DNA of 64,000 nt from Tagaea sp. (GTDB lineage: Bacteria; Pseudomonadota; Alphaproteobacteria; CACIAM-22H2): NCBI GenBank assembly GCA_044378015.1, contig JBILXZ010000001.1, positions 145-64,144 of the forward strand, read 5' to 3'. Positions 9,649 to 19,676 of this stretch are shown piece after piece. Numbering within the stretch: position 1 is the first letter of the stretch; each line of letters begins with the position of its first letter. The position numbers were made by a program, and so were the translations under genes. Below the pieces are notes generated by a model that was given only the letters and a program-made list of their open reading frames with translations, ran no database searches and was not told the DNA's origin.

Positions 9649-9654
9649 TTCCCG

Positions 9655-10197
9655 TCAACCCAGCAGCGCGGCCACGGCCGCGCCGAGATCTTCGTGCACG
9701 CCGACAGGCAGCACGGCATCGGGCAGACCCGCAGCCAAGGTTTTGGCGCCGTGGCCGGTGCGCACGAGATGGCGCGGGCAGCCGATCGCCGCGGCAGCTT
9801 GCAGATCGCGCAGACTGTCGCCGACGAAGGGTGTGGCGGCCGCGTCGGCCGCGAACATGGCGATGGCCTCGATCAGCATGCCGGGGGCCGGCTTGCGGCG
9901 CGTCGAAACCGGGCCGGGCGCGTCGGGGCAATGGAAGATCGCGTCGAGTTTCGCGCCCTCGCGCGCCAGCCCGTCGCGCAGGGCCTCGTGGATGCGCGCC
10001 AGCATCGCTTCGTCGAAGATGCCGCGCCCGATCGGCGACTGGTTCGTGCACACGGCCACGGCATATCCCGCGCGATTGAGGCGCGCGACGGCCGCCGCCG
10101 CTCCGGGCAGGAACACAAGCTCGCCCGGATGCTTCACATAGTCGGCACGATCGACGTTCAGCACGCCGTCGCGATCGAGGAGGACGAGTCGGGCCAT
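9655..10197 (-). CDS. gmhB: D-glycero-beta-D-manno-heptose-1,7-bisphosphate 7-phosphatase (HAD-IIIA)
   Basis: LDRDGVLN, CTNQSPIGRG, RRKPAPGM, GDSLRDLQAA and VRTG motifs align with E. coli GmhB. Confidence 0.85.
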   Translation of the reverse strand: MARLVLLDRDGVLNVDRADYVKHPGELVFLPGAAAAVARLNRAGYAVAVCTNQSPIGRGIFDEAMLARIHEALRDGLAREGAKLDAIFHCPDAPGPVSTRRKPAPGMLIEAIAMFAADAAATPFVGDSLRDLQAAAAIGCPRHLVRTGHGAKTLAAGLPDAVLPVGVHEDLGAAVAALLG

Positions 10198-10209
10198 GTC
10201 CGTCCGAGC

Positions 10210-11079
10210 CTACAGGATACGCGCGAGATTTCGCATCACCGTGCCGTAGGCAGCGGCGGCCGCGACTGCGGTTGCGGCGAACGGCACGCTTGCGAGCAGC
10301 AGCCAATCGCTCCACCCCAACGCCGGCAGCGGAAAGGCGAGCGCGGCGCTGCCGCTTGCCACCGCCGAGGCGGCGACCAACACGAGCGCGGCCCCCGCAG
10401 CCCCGAGGCCGGCACCTGCAAAAGCCAGCCGCATCGCCGCGCGCGCGAACTGCACGGCGATGTAGGCGTCGGGCGCGCCGACCAGATGCAGAAGATCGAC
10501 CGCCTCGCGATGCACGGCCAGACCCGCGCGCGTTGCAAACGCGACGCAGCTTGCAGCCGCCAGCGCCACCGCCGACAGCACGATCGCCGCCACGAGCCCC
10601 GCCGCGCGCGCCAGCGCCAAGAAACCGCCGAGCCAGCGCCCATGGTCGTCGATCGCCGCATCCGGCACGGCCGCCTCCAAACGCCGGCCCAACGCCGCGA
10701 GATTGGGCGTGGCGCCCGCGACAAGCCGCACGTCGATCAGCACCGGGATCGGCAGATCCTGGAGATTGCCGGCGCCAAGCCACGGGCCCAAAAGCGCCTC
10801 GGCCGCCGCACGCGAAATCTGCGTCGCCGCCGCGACCGCCGGGTCGGCGCGCAGCAGCGCCAAAGCGGCGGCCGGATCGGCGCCGGCAGGCAGCTCGACC
10901 GTGAGCGTGCCCGCGAAATTCGCCTGCCAGCGCTTGGCCGTGCCCGACAAAGCGAGGGCGAGACCGAGCGCGAGCGTGGCGAGGAACGCAAGAGCCGCGA
11001 CAACGGCCGCAATCCAGCGCCGTTCGCGGTCGCGTTCCAACGCAAGCTCGCTGCCGCGCCCGAAACCGAAGCCCGCCAT
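10210..11079 (-). CDS. ftsX: cell-division ABC transporter permease FtsX
   Basis: Directly downstream of ftsE; N-terminal TM, periplasmic region and C-terminal TM bundle typical of FtsX; start MAGFGFGRG chosen inside the longer track ORF. Confidence 0.75.
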   Translation of the reverse strand: MAGFGFGRGSELALERDRERRWIAAVVAALAFLATLALGLALALSGTAKRWQANFAGTLTVELPAGADPAAALALLRADPAVAAATQISRAAAEALLGPWLGAGNLQDLPIPVLIDVRLVAGATPNLAALGRRLEAAVPDAAIDDHGRWLGGFLALARAAGLVAAIVLSAVALAAASCVAFATRAGLAVHREAVDLLHLVGAPDAYIAVQFARAAMRLAFAGAGLGAAGAALVLVAASAVASGSAALAFPLPALGWSDWLLLASVPFAATAVAAAAAYGTVMRNLARIL

Positions 11080-11084
11080 CGTCG

Positions 11085-11753
11085 CTACGCCGCCTTCGCG
11101 AGTTGCACGAGGGCTCCGGCTTCCAGGCGCAGTTCGGGATGGCGCGAGTCGCGCACCAACTGCATATTGTGCGTCGCGACCACGATCGTCGTGCCGAGGC
11201 GGTTGAGCTCTTCGAACAGCCGCATCAAGCGCAGCGCGATGCGGTCGTCGACGTTGCCGGTGGGCTCGTCCGCGATCAGAAGCTTGGGCCGCCCGATCAC
11301 CGCGCGCGCGATCGCCACGCGCTGCTTTTGCCCGCCCGACAAAGTCGGCGGCAGCGCGCCGAGATGGTCGCCCAACCCGACCCACACCAGCAACTCGGCC
11401 GCGTGCTCGCGCAGCTGCGCCTCGTCTGCCCCCTGCACGCGCAGAGGCAAGGCCACGTTGTCGATGACCGAAAGATGATCGAGCAGGCGGAAATCCTGGA
11501 ATACCGTGCCGATGCGTCGGCGCAAGCCCGGCAGATCGCGCCGCGCCATGCGGGCGACGTCGCGCCCGAACATATGGACGGTGCCGCGGCTCGGCAGGCG
11601 TGCGAGATAAAGCAGCGAAAGCAGCGACGATTTGCCCGCCCCCGACGCGCCGGTCAGAAAATGGAAACTGCCGGGCTGCAGCGCGAAGCTCACGTCGCGC
11701 AGCACTTCGGGCCCCAGGCCGTAACGCAAGCCCACTTGTTGGAAGACGATCAT
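11085..11753 (-). CDS. ftsE: cell-division ATP-binding protein FtsE
   Basis: Walker A GASGAGKSS, signature LSGGQKQRVAIARA, Walker B LLIADEPTGNVD; start taken at MIVFQQVGLRY (the track Met at 11774 is 7 codons upstream). Confidence 0.9.
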   Translation of the reverse strand: MIVFQQVGLRYGLGPEVLRDVSFALQPGSFHFLTGASGAGKSSLLSLLYLARLPSRGTVHMFGRDVARMARRDLPGLRRRIGTVFQDFRLLDHLSVIDNVALPLRVQGADEAQLREHAAELLVWVGLGDHLGALPPTLSGGQKQRVAIARAVIGRPKLLIADEPTGNVDDRIALRLMRLFEELNRLGTTIVVATHNMQLVRDSRHPELRLEAGALVQLAKAA

Positions 11754-11832
11754 TGGCAGGGCGGATGCTGGCACGCGCGGGCAAGACGGCGCAAGCTTGC
11801 CCCCGTGCCGTCTAAGGCCCTATAAAAGCCGT

Positions 11833-12702
11833 ATGATTCTGGCGTGCCCAACTTGCTCTACGCGCTTTCGCGTGCCCGATGGTGCCCTCGGCTCTGCCGG
11901 GCGCACCGTAAGGTGCGGCAATTGCGGGCATAGCTGGCACCAAAAGCCGCGCCAAGCGATCCTCGAAATCAATCCGCACTTCCCCAAGACGGCAAAACGG
12001 ATGCGCCAGAGCTTGGGCGACGACGAACAGCTCGACATGCCGGATGCGCCGGGCCGCAGCTATTCGCCTCCCCCGCCGCCGCCTATTCCGAAGGCGGCCC
12101 CGCCGCCGCCGCCGCCGATCAAAGAGTCCGAAGAGCCCGTCCCGGTTTCCCTGAGCTTCCAACGCACGATGGAAGCGGTGCGCGAGACCATCGCCACCGA
12201 AGCCGACCCGATGCCGGCCGCCCTCAAGCCAGCGGACGAGGCGACGGCGCCCGCGCCGAAGCGCCGCTCGATCGCGGCAGCGATCGGCTGGCTTCTGTTC
12301 GCGTTGACGACCTCGGTGCTCGGGGCCGGGATTTTCGCGCAGACCGAAATCATGGCGCGCTTCCCCGAGACGCGGGCGATCTACCAAGCGCTGCAGTTTC
12401 CCGTCCCTTTGCCGGGCGAAGGGCTCGAAGTCGTGTCGCCCGTGCCGACGCGCGGCACGCTCGACGGCGCGCCGGTCCTTCTCGTCACGGGCCGCGTGCG
12501 AAACGCAACCGACCTGCCGCGAAACGTGCCGCAGATGCGCGCCGTCCTGCGCGACGCAAACGGCACCGAGGTCGCAAGCTGGGAATTCGCCGCCGAGATC
12601 GCGCGCCTCGAGCCGGGCGAGGAGACGGCGTTCGCGACCCACCTCCCCAGCCCGCCCGCCGACGCCAACCAGCTTCAGATCGTGTTCTTGGACAAATACT
12701 GA
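11833..12702 (+). CDS. MJ0042-type zinc-ribbon / DUF3426 membrane protein with a Pro-rich linker
   Basis: MILACPTCSTRFRVPDG...RCGNCGHSW zinc ribbon; poly-Pro tract (PPPPPIPKAAPPPPPPI); TM; C-terminal DUF3426-like domain; divergent from ftsEX as in many alphaproteobacteria. Confidence 0.7.
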   Translation: MILACPTCSTRFRVPDGALGSAGRTVRCGNCGHSWHQKPRQAILEINPHFPKTAKRMRQSLGDDEQLDMPDAPGRSYSPPPPPPIPKAAPPPPPPIKESEEPVPVSLSFQRTMEAVRETIATEADPMPAALKPADEATAPAPKRRSIAAAIGWLLFALTTSVLGAGIFAQTEIMARFPETRAIYQALQFPVPLPGEGLEVVSPVPTRGTLDGAPVLLVTGRVRNATDLPRNVPQMRAVLRDANGTEVASWEFAAEIARLEPGEETAFATHLPSPPADANQLQIVFLDKY

Positions 12703-13253
12703 CGCAGCATGCGCTCGGCGGCCGGACTGTCCCACGCGGCCGCCCCTTCGAGACGGCCGCGCTCGAACCCGTCCGGGTCGATTACCATCGTGGTCGGCAG
12801 ACCTCGCACCGCGAAAGCGCGCATCGACGCCCCCGAAGGATCGAGATAGACGGGAAGATTGGCAAGCGTGTTGGCCGCGAAAAACGGGGCGACTTGGCGC
12901 ATGCCGCCGCGATCGACCGATATCGCCAGCACGGCAACGCCGAGATTGCCCATCCGCGCCTGCAGCCGGTCGAGCGACGGCATCTCTTCCACGCACGGCG
13001 CGCACCATGTCGCCCAGTAGTTCAGCACGACGACGCGGCCGCGAAAGTCGCCGAGCCCCAGCGTGCGCCCCTCGGCATCCTGGAACGCGATTTCCGGCGT
13101 GCGCACCGGTTCGGGGTGCGGCTTGAACGGCCCGAGCTTGCCCGCGAAGCCGGACGCTTGGGCGAAAACACTTGATCCCTGGCCGCCAAGCGCTAGGGTC
13201 GCGCCCGCCGCCAGGGCCAGCACCGTCCGCCGGTTGGTGTTCGCGCTTTGCAT
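12675..13253 (-). CDS. TlpA-family periplasmic thiol:disulfide oxidoreductase (Tat/Sec signal)
   Basis: NRRTVLALAAGATLALGG signal peptide and thioredoxin-fold motif VVVLNYWATWCAPCVEEMP; start taken at MQSANTNRR to avoid overlapping the divergent argH. Confidence 0.8.
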   Translation of the reverse strand: MQSANTNRRTVLALAAGATLALGGQGSSVFAQASGFAGKLGPFKPHPEPVRTPEIAFQDAEGRTLGLGDFRGRVVVLNYWATWCAPCVEEMPSLDRLQARMGNLGVAVLAISVDRGGMRQVAPFFAANTLANLPVYLDPSGASMRAFAVRGLPTTMVIDPDGFERGRLEGAAAWDSPAAERMLRQYLSKNTI

Positions 13254-13272
13254 GCTGCTAATATAGGTCGCC

Positions 13273-14691
13273 ATGGCTCGCCCGACAAAGACTTCGCGTT
13301 CCAAAAAGAAAGCCGCCAACCCGATGTGGGGCGGTCGTTTCGGCGTCGCCCCCGACGCGATCATGCAGAGGATCAATGCCTCGATCGACGTCGACCGGCG
13401 GCTCTACGCCGAAGACATTGCGGGCTCGACCGCGCATGCGAAGATGCTGGCGCACGCCAAAATCCTGAAGGCCAAAGACGTGGCCGCGATCGTGCGCGGA
13501 CTCGAGGAGGTGCGCCGGGAAATCGAACAAGGCGAGTTCGTTTTCAAGACCGAACTCGAAGACATCCACATGAACGTCGAAGCGCGGCTGGCCGACCTGA
13601 TCGGCGAGCCCGCCAAGCGCCTGCATGTGGCCCGCTCGCGCAACGACCAAGTCGCGCTCGACTTCAAAATGTGGGTGCGCGCGGCCTGCGACCGCGCCGA
13701 AGCCGCGTTGCGCGAATTCCAGCGCGCGCTCATCGACAAGGCGGCCGTCCATGCGGGCACCGTCATGCCGGGCTTCACGCATCTGCAGCCCGCCCAACCC
13801 GTCACGTTTGGCCACCATCTGATGGCCTATGTCGAAATGGCGGGCCGCGATCGCGCGCGCTTTGCCGATGCCCGCCGCCGCATGAACGAGTGCCCGCTGG
13901 GGGCTGCCGCGCTTGCCGGGACGTCGTTCCCGATCGACCGCAACTTCACGGCGCGCGCGCTGGGCTTCGAGCGGCCGACCGCAAACTCGCTCGACAGCGT
14001 GGCCGACCGCGATTTTGCGCTCGAGTTTCTGGCCGCAGCCGCGATCGCGGCCTTGCATCTGTCGCGGCTGGCCGAAGAAATCGTATTCTGGACCGGCCCG
14101 CAATTCGGCTTCGCGCGCCTGTCGGACGCGTGGACGACCGGCTCCTCGATCATGCCGCAGAAGCGCAATCCGGACGCGGCCGAACTCGTGCGCGCATCGA
14201 CAGGCCGCCTGCTCGGCGCGTTCGTCGGGCTCGCCACCGTGATGAAGGGGCTGCCGCTCACCTATTCCAAAGACATGCAGGAGGACAAGGCGCGCTGCTT
14301 TGCCGCCGCCGACGCGCTGATGCTGGGCATTGGCGCCATGACCGGCATGATCGACGACATCTCGGTCGACGCCGCGCGGATGAAGGCGACGGCAAGCGCC
14401 GGTTTTACGACGGCGACGGATCTTGCCGACTGGCTCGTACGCGTGCTCGGCATGCCGTTTCGCGAGGCGCACCATGCGACGGGCCGCATCGTGCGCCGGG
14501 CCGAGGAAAAAGGCTGCGACATCGCCGAGCTGCCGCTTGCCGACATGCAGGCCGTCGAACCGCGCATCGACAAGTCCGTGTTCAGGGTTCTGGGCGTCGA
14601 AAACTCCGTCGCCAGCCGCACGAGCTATGGCGGCACGGCGCCTGCCAACGTCAAGAAAGCCGTCGCGGCGGCGCGCCGGAGGTTTCTGTGA
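13273..14691 (+). CDS. argH: argininosuccinate lyase
   Basis: MWGGRFG N-terminal signature, fumarate-lyase signature [12 protein letters not shown]; an alternative start at 13324 (MWGGRF) is possible. Confidence 0.95.
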   Translation: MARPTKTSRSKKKAANPMWGGRFGVAPDAIMQRINASIDVDRRLYAEDIAGSTAHAKMLAHAKILKAKDVAAIVRGLEEVRREIEQGEFVFKTELEDIHMNVEARLADLIGEPAKRLHVARSRNDQVALDFKMWVRAACDRAEAALREFQRALIDKAAVHAGTVMPGFTHLQPAQPVTFGHHLMAYVEMAGRDRARFADARRRMNECPLGAAALAGTSFPIDRNFTARALGFERPTANSLDSVADRDFALEFLAAAAIAALHLSRLAEEIVFWTGPQFGFARLSDAWTTGSSIMPQKRNPDAAELVRASTGRLLGAFVGLATVMKGLPLTYSKDMQEDKARCFAAADALMLGIGAMTGMIDDISVDAARMKATASAGFTTATDLADWLVRVLGMPFREAHHATGRIVRRAEEKGCDIAELPLADMQAVEPRIDKSVFRVLGVENSVASRTSYGGTAPANVKKAVAAARRRFL

Positions 14692-14894
14692 AACGCACCC
14701 TTGCAGCTTTTCTCGCCCTCGCGCTGGTCTTGGGCGTCGCCGCCTGCGGGCGCAAGGGCGATCCCGAAGCGCCCGCCAATGTCGATCCGCGCTTTCCGCG
14801 CGCCTATCCCGGCAACGCGCCGCGCGCGCCAGCCCCGCCCGCAGCCCCGCAGCTTCCGGGCGACGACAATTTCATCCCGAGAACCACGCCATGA
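14688..14894 (+). CDS. small lipoprotein (argH-lysA intergenic lipoprotein)
   Basis: GTG overlapping the argH stop (GTGA); lipobox [11 protein letters not shown]; Pro-rich mature part; conserved position between argH and lysA. Confidence 0.55.
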   Translation: MKRTLAAFLALALVLGVAACGRKGDPEAPANVDPRFPRAYPGNAPRAPAPPAAPQLPGDDNFIPRTTP

Positions 14895-16183
14895 GCATCG
14901 GCTTTACGCGCAAGAACGCGGCCCTCCACTGCGACGGGCTGGCGGTCGGCAAACTCGCGGCCGATTACGGCACGCCCCTGTGGCTCTACAGCCAGTCGAT
15001 GCTGGAAGCGCGCTACAAGATGTTTGCGGCCAGCCTTGCCGACCTCGCGCCGACCATCTGCTACGCGCTGAAGGCCAACTCGAACCAGGCTGTGATCGCC
15101 ACCTTCGCGAAATTGGGCGCGGGCGCCGACATCGTGTCGGCAGGCGAATTGCTGCGCGCGTTGCAGGCGGGCGTGCCGCCGCGCAAGATCGTGTTTGCGG
15201 GCGTGGGCAAATCGGCCGAAGAAATGGCGCTCGCCCTCGATGCGGGCATCCTGCAGTTCAACGTCGAATCCGGCGAAGAGCTCGCGCGCCTGTCGGCGGT
15301 GGCCCGGGCCCAGCACGGCGTGGCGCGCGTGGCTTTGCGCGTCAATCCCGACGTCGACGCGAAGACGCACAAGAAAATCACGACCGGCAAAACGGAAAAC
15401 AAATTCGGCATCGAGATCGCGCACGCGATGGCGCTCGCCGACCAGGCGCGCGGCCTCAAGGGCGTCGCCATCGAGGCGATCTCGACGCATATCGGCAGCC
15501 AGATCACAGACGTGACCCCCTATCGCGCGGCCTTCAAGCGCATGGCCGAAATGGCGACAGCCCTGCGCGCGCGAGGCCACGCGCTGAAGCGCATCGATTT
15601 CGGCGGCGGGCTCGGCGTCGTCTACAAAAACGAGACGCCGCCCGATCTCAAAGCCTATGCCGCCGCCGTGCGCGCGGCCGTCAAGGGTTTGGGCCTGGAT
15701 CTGATCGTCGAGCCCGGCCGCTGGCTCGTGGCCGATGCGGGCGCGCTCGTGGCGCGGGTCGAATACGTCAAGAAGGGCTCGGCCAAGAGCTTCGCCATTC
15801 TCGACGCAGCGATGAACGATCTCATCCGGCCGACTCTCTACGAGGCCTGGATGCCGATCGAACCGGTCGCGGCCCCGCGCAAAGGAAAAAAACGGCCGTA
15901 CGACGTGGTCGGGCCCGTCTGCGAATCGGGCGATTTCTTTGCGCACGGCCGCGCGCTTCCGCCGCTCGAACAGGGCGACCTTGTCGCGGTGCGCCAGGCG
16001 GGCGCTTACGGGGCGGTGATGTCGTCCACTTACAACGCGCGCCCGCTCGCGCCCGAAGTGCTCGTGAAAGGCAAGCGACACGCGGCCGTGCGCGTACGCC
16101 AGACGCTGGCCGAGCTGATCGGCCAGGATGCGCTGGCACCCTGGCAGGGTGCGGGGCAGACTAAGCGCAAGGGCGCGCGCTAG
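14891..16183 (+). CDS. lysA: diaminopimelate decarboxylase
   Basis: PLP-dependent Orn/DAP decarboxylase motifs (YALKANSN..., EPGRWLVADAG, CESGD); ATG overlaps the lipoprotein stop (ATGA). Confidence 0.95.
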   Translation: MSIGFTRKNAALHCDGLAVGKLAADYGTPLWLYSQSMLEARYKMFAASLADLAPTICYALKANSNQAVIATFAKLGAGADIVSAGELLRALQAGVPPRKIVFAGVGKSAEEMALALDAGILQFNVESGEELARLSAVARAQHGVARVALRVNPDVDAKTHKKITTGKTENKFGIEIAHAMALADQARGLKGVAIEAISTHIGSQITDVTPYRAAFKRMAEMATALRARGHALKRIDFGGGLGVVYKNETPPDLKAYAAAVRAAVKGLGLDLIVEPGRWLVADAGALVARVEYVKKGSAKSFAILDAAMNDLIRPTLYEAWMPIEPVAAPRKGKKRPYDVVGPVCESGDFFAHGRALPPLEQGDLVAVRQAGAYGAVMSSTYNARPLAPEVLVKGKRHAAVRVRQTLAELIGQDALAPWQGAGQTKRKGAR

Positions 16184-16456
16184 ACGAAGACATTTGCAGC
16201 CGACCCGTGAACAAGGCATGCGTCCGCACCGAAATCGCAAGCCTTGGCTCAACCAAGAACCAAACAATTTCAGCATCTTGAATTATATTTACGGATGCTT
16301 GCGCTGCCGACTTGCGGGACTCGGTCGGCCGGTTTTGCCGGATCCTGCCGAGCCGTGGCGGTAGACACCTTGCTTTTTGCCTGCGCATGATTGTTGCAAG
16401 TCCTTATCCGACGACTCGTTTTTGCGCCGCCGCGTTCTACCTTCGATGGGGTGAAA

Positions 16457-19030
16457 ATGCCTCAAACGCAGCAAGTGCCGCCGATCGGTCCGGGTCTCGC
16501 CCGGGTTCCCGCTTTGCTTTGGCGCGCGCGGCTTGCGCTGGCCTGGGAAAGACTGTGGCCGGCACTCTGGCCCGCTTTCGCGGTTGTTACGCTCTTCGCA
16601 GCGGTTGCCTTGTTCGATCTGCTGCCGCGTCTGCATTGGCTTGGCCATGGGGCGGCGCTGCTGCTGTTCGGGGCCGCCTTGGGGACAGCTTTGTGGCATG
16701 CGCGCAAAGCGTTCCGCTTGCCGGACGCCGTTGCCGCAAGGCGACGCGTGGAGACCGCCAGCGGCCTTGCGCACCGCCCGCTCGCCACCCTTGAGGACCG
16801 TCTGCCGCTGGGATCGAACGACGCAATGGCGCAGGCTCTGTGGGCCGCCCACCGCGTGCGGATCGCGCGCATGCTGGCGCGCTTGCGCGCCGGGTGGCCG
16901 CATCCGGGCATGGCAATGCGCGATCCGCTGGCACTGCGCGTCGTGTTGGGGCTGGTCTTGATCGTGGCGGTCGCCGTCGGCGGCGACCGGGCCGGGCGCA
17001 ATTTTGCGCGTGCATTGTCGCCGGGGATCGAGACGCTTGCGGTGCTGCCCGGCACCCTCGATTTGTGGATTACGCCGCCAGCCTATACTGGCCTGCCGCC
17101 GGTGCTGCCGCGCCTCGAGGCGGGCGAAATCGCCGTTCCTGTCGGCAGCCAGGTCATCGCCCAGGTCGCCGGCGGCAAGGGCCAGCCGCGGTTGGTCGTG
17201 GATACGGCCGTGCAGGCCTTCGCGCCCATGGAAAATGCCGCGCTCGCCGCCGCGCCGTCCGCCGCCGGGGCCGCGAGCCTGCAGGCCTGGCGCGTGGCCG
17301 CCGACTTGAAAGAGGGCCAGCGTCTCACCATCGAGCAGGGCAACGGCACGCTTGCCTCGTGGGCGCTGCGCTTGATCCCCGATACCCCGCCGACGGCGGA
17401 ATTCGCGGCGCCGCCGCAGCGCAATCCGCGCGCGGCCGTGCGCATGGAGTACCGCGCGCGCGACGATTACGGCCTCGCGAGCGTGGTCGCCGAGATCCGC
17501 CGCCCGGCCGACGCCAAACCGAGCCCCGGCGCGCCCATCGACCTCGCGCTGCCGCTCGCGGCCTTGCGCGCCAAGGACAGCACGGCCATCAGCCTGCACG
17601 ATCTCACGAGCCATCCGTGGGCCGGGCTCGACGTGCGCGTGACGTTGCGCGCGTCGGACGAAACCGGCCAGACGGGCCAGTCCGAAACGCTCGACTGGGT
17701 GCTGCCCGAACGGCTCTTCGAGCATCCGGTGGCGCGCGCGGTGATCGAACAGCGCAAATTGCTGATGGGCAATCCCGAACTGCGCGCCGGCGTGGCCCGC
17801 GCGCTTGCCGCCATCGGCCTCAACCCCGCGCAGTATGCCGACGACCAGACGGTGTTTTTGAGCCTGCGCGTCGCGTCGTTGCGTTTGGTGCGCGCCGATC
17901 CCGCCAATCTCGGCGAGGTGCTCGACGACGTGCAAGGCTTGATGTGGGAAACGGCCTTGCGCATCGAAGACGGCCGCCAGTCGGGCACCGAGCGCGAATT
18001 GCGCGCCCTCATGGAACGGCTGCAGGACGCGCTCGCCAAAAACGCGCCGGACGCCGAAATCGAGCAGATGATGCGCGAATTGCAGACGGCGATCGACCGG
18101 CATCTGCGCGCGATGCTCGAACAGGCCCTGCGCAACCCCGACCAAAGCCGCCAGCCGCCCGACCGCAACGCCCAACGCATGGAGCGCCAGGATCTGCAGA
18201 AACTGCTCGACCAGGCGCGCCAGCTTGCGCGCACGGGCGCACGCGACGCGGCGCGCGATCTGCTGTCGCGGCTCCAGCAGATGCTCGAGAATCTCCGCGT
18301 GCAGCAGGCCCAGCGCGAAGGCAACCAGGACTCCCAGCCCGGCGACGGCCAGGCGCAGGAAATGATGAAGAGCCTGCAGGAAATGATGCGCCGCCAGCAG
18401 AGCCTGATCGACCGCACGTTCCGCCGCTCGCAGCAGAACCGGCCCGGCCAATTCCGCCCCGGCCAACAGGGCCAGCAAGGGCAGCAGGGGCAACAAGGCC
18501 AGCAAGGTCAGCAAGGCGAGGGCGAAGGGGACGGCGAAGGCGATGCGGCCGAGCAGGACGCGCTTCGAGGGGCACTTGCCGATCTCATGGGCCAGCTCGG
18601 CGACCTGATGGGCCAGGTGCCCGAAGGTTTCGGGCGCGCCGAACGCTCGATGCGCGACGCGCAAGGCCAGCTGCAGCGCGGCGCGCCCTCGCGGGCGCTC
18701 CGCCCGCAGATGGAAGCGCTCGACCAGATGCGCTCGGCCGCCCGCGACGCGATGCGCCAGATGATGGAACGTTTCGGCCAGGCCGAAGGCGAAGGGGCGG
18801 GCGAGGATGCCTTCAACCAGCAGCAGGCCGAGGACCGCGATCCCTTGGGCCGCGGGCCCGACGGCAGCAACGGCACCTTGTCGGACAGCTACCAGCGCGT
18901 GCCGCAGGTCGGCGAAGGCCAGCTGCTGCGCTCGCAGGAAATCCTCGACGAGCTGATAAGGCGCCTGGGCGAACGCAGCCGCCCGACGGTCGAGCGCGAC
19001 TATCTCGAACGCCTGCTGCGCCGTTTCTAG
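16457..19030 (+). CDS. TIGR02302/DUF4175 family large low-complexity membrane protein (alphaproteobacteria-specific)
   Basis: N-terminal TM helices, about 857 aa, Gln/Arg/Glu-rich coiled region, conserved position after lysA; start placed at MPQTQQVPPIG. Confidence 0.7.
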   Translation: MPQTQQVPPIGPGLARVPALLWRARLALAWERLWPALWPAFAVVTLFAAVALFDLLPRLHWLGHGAALLLFGAALGTALWHARKAFRLPDAVAARRRVETASGLAHRPLATLEDRLPLGSNDAMAQALWAAHRVRIARMLARLRAGWPHPGMAMRDPLALRVVLGLVLIVAVAVGGDRAGRNFARALSPGIETLAVLPGTLDLWITPPAYTGLPPVLPRLEAGEIAVPVGSQVIAQVAGGKGQPRLVVDTAVQAFAPMENAALAAAPSAAGAASLQAWRVAADLKEGQRLTIEQGNGTLASWALRLIPDTPPTAEFAAPPQRNPRAAVRMEYRARDDYGLASVVAEIRRPADAKPSPGAPIDLALPLAALRAKDSTAISLHDLTSHPWAGLDVRVTLRASDETGQTGQSETLDWVLPERLFEHPVARAVIEQRKLLMGNPELRAGVARALAAIGLNPAQYADDQTVFLSLRVASLRLVRADPANLGEVLDDVQGLMWETALRIEDGRQSGTERELRALMERLQDALAKNAPDAEIEQMMRELQTAIDRHLRAMLEQALRNPDQSRQPPDRNAQRMERQDLQKLLDQARQLARTGARDAARDLLSRLQQMLENLRVQQAQREGNQDSQPGDGQAQEMMKSLQEMMRRQQSLIDRTFRRSQQNRPGQFRPGQQGQQGQQGQQGQQGQQGEGEGDGEGDAAEQDALRGALADLMGQLGDLMGQVPEGFGRAERSMRDAQGQLQRGAPSRALRPQMEALDQMRSAARDAMRQMMERFGQAEGEGAGEDAFNQQQAEDRDPLGRGPDGSNGTLSDSYQRVPQVGEGQLLRSQEILDELIRRLGERSRPTVERDYLERLLRRF
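18464..18517 (+). repeat. in-frame (CAR CAR GGN)x6 microsatellite encoding QQGQQGQQGQQGQQGQQG
   Basis: Direct tandem 9-nt units read inside the TIGR02302 gene. Confidence 0.7.
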
Positions 19031-19037
19031 CGTCGGG

Positions 19038-19670
19038 ATGTTCGATCTCGGCAATCTTCTGCTTTTCCTTGCCGCCGCCCTGGTGATTGCGGTCACGCCG
19101 GGGCCCGGCATTTTCTACGTCGCGGCGCGCAGCCTTGCGGGCGGCAGGCGCGACGGGCTCGCGTCGAGCTTCGGCACCGGCCTTGGCGGGCTCGCGCATG
19201 TGGCCGCCGGGGCCGTCGGCGTTTCGGCGTTGATGCTGGCGAGCGCGCAAGCCTTCGCGCTGCTCAAGATCGCGGGCGCGATCTATCTCGTGTGGCTCGG
19301 CATCCAAACCTGGCGCCAGGCGGGCGAGGCTTTGACCGCGCCCGACGGAGCTGGCGCCGGAACGGCGCGCGCCTTCCGCGACGGCATCGTCGTCGAAATC
19401 TTCAATCCCAAGACGGCCGCTTTTTTCCTCGCCTTCCTGCCGCAATTCGTCGATCCGCAGGCGGGGTCGGTCGCGCTTCAATTTGTCGTGTTGGGCACAA
19501 TATCCGTGGCGCTCAACACAGGCGCCGACGTCGTCGTTGCGTTCGCGGCATCGCGCGCGCGCGACGGTCTTGCGCGCTATCCCGTCGCCATTCGCCGCAT
19601 CCGCCGTGCGGCCGGAGCGTCGATCGCCGCCCTGGGGCTGGCTCTCGCCTTCGCGCGCAGGCCCGGCTGA
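19038..19670 (+). CDS. LysE/RhtB-family amino-acid exporter
   Basis: LLFLAAALVIAVTPGPG N-terminal signature; about 210 aa; 6 TM. Confidence 0.85.
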   Translation: MFDLGNLLLFLAAALVIAVTPGPGIFYVAARSLAGGRRDGLASSFGTGLGGLAHVAAGAVGVSALMLASAQAFALLKIAGAIYLVWLGIQTWRQAGEALTAPDGAGAGTARAFRDGIVVEIFNPKTAAFFLAFLPQFVDPQAGSVALQFVVLGTISVALNTGADVVVAFAASRARDGLARYPVAIRRIRRAAGASIAALGLALAFARRPG

Positions 19671-19676
19671 CGCCGT

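Noticed and set aside
16184-16456. tRNA or small RNA in the 272-nt lysA-TIGR02302 intergenic region (contains a short AT-rich patch)
   Set aside because: No cloverleaf-compatible sequence and no terminator-like element found; unsupported
16289-19111. 940-aa minus-strand ORF antisense to the TIGR02302 gene, and similar giant antisense ORFs at 22439..25651, 25498..28098, 9109..11478, 6579..8540, 36237..38339, 45942..48035 and 51319..54282
   Set aside because: Arg/Ala/Gly-rich translations with no domain content, each fully overlapping a well-supported gene on the other strand; typical stop-codon-poor frames of high-GC DNA
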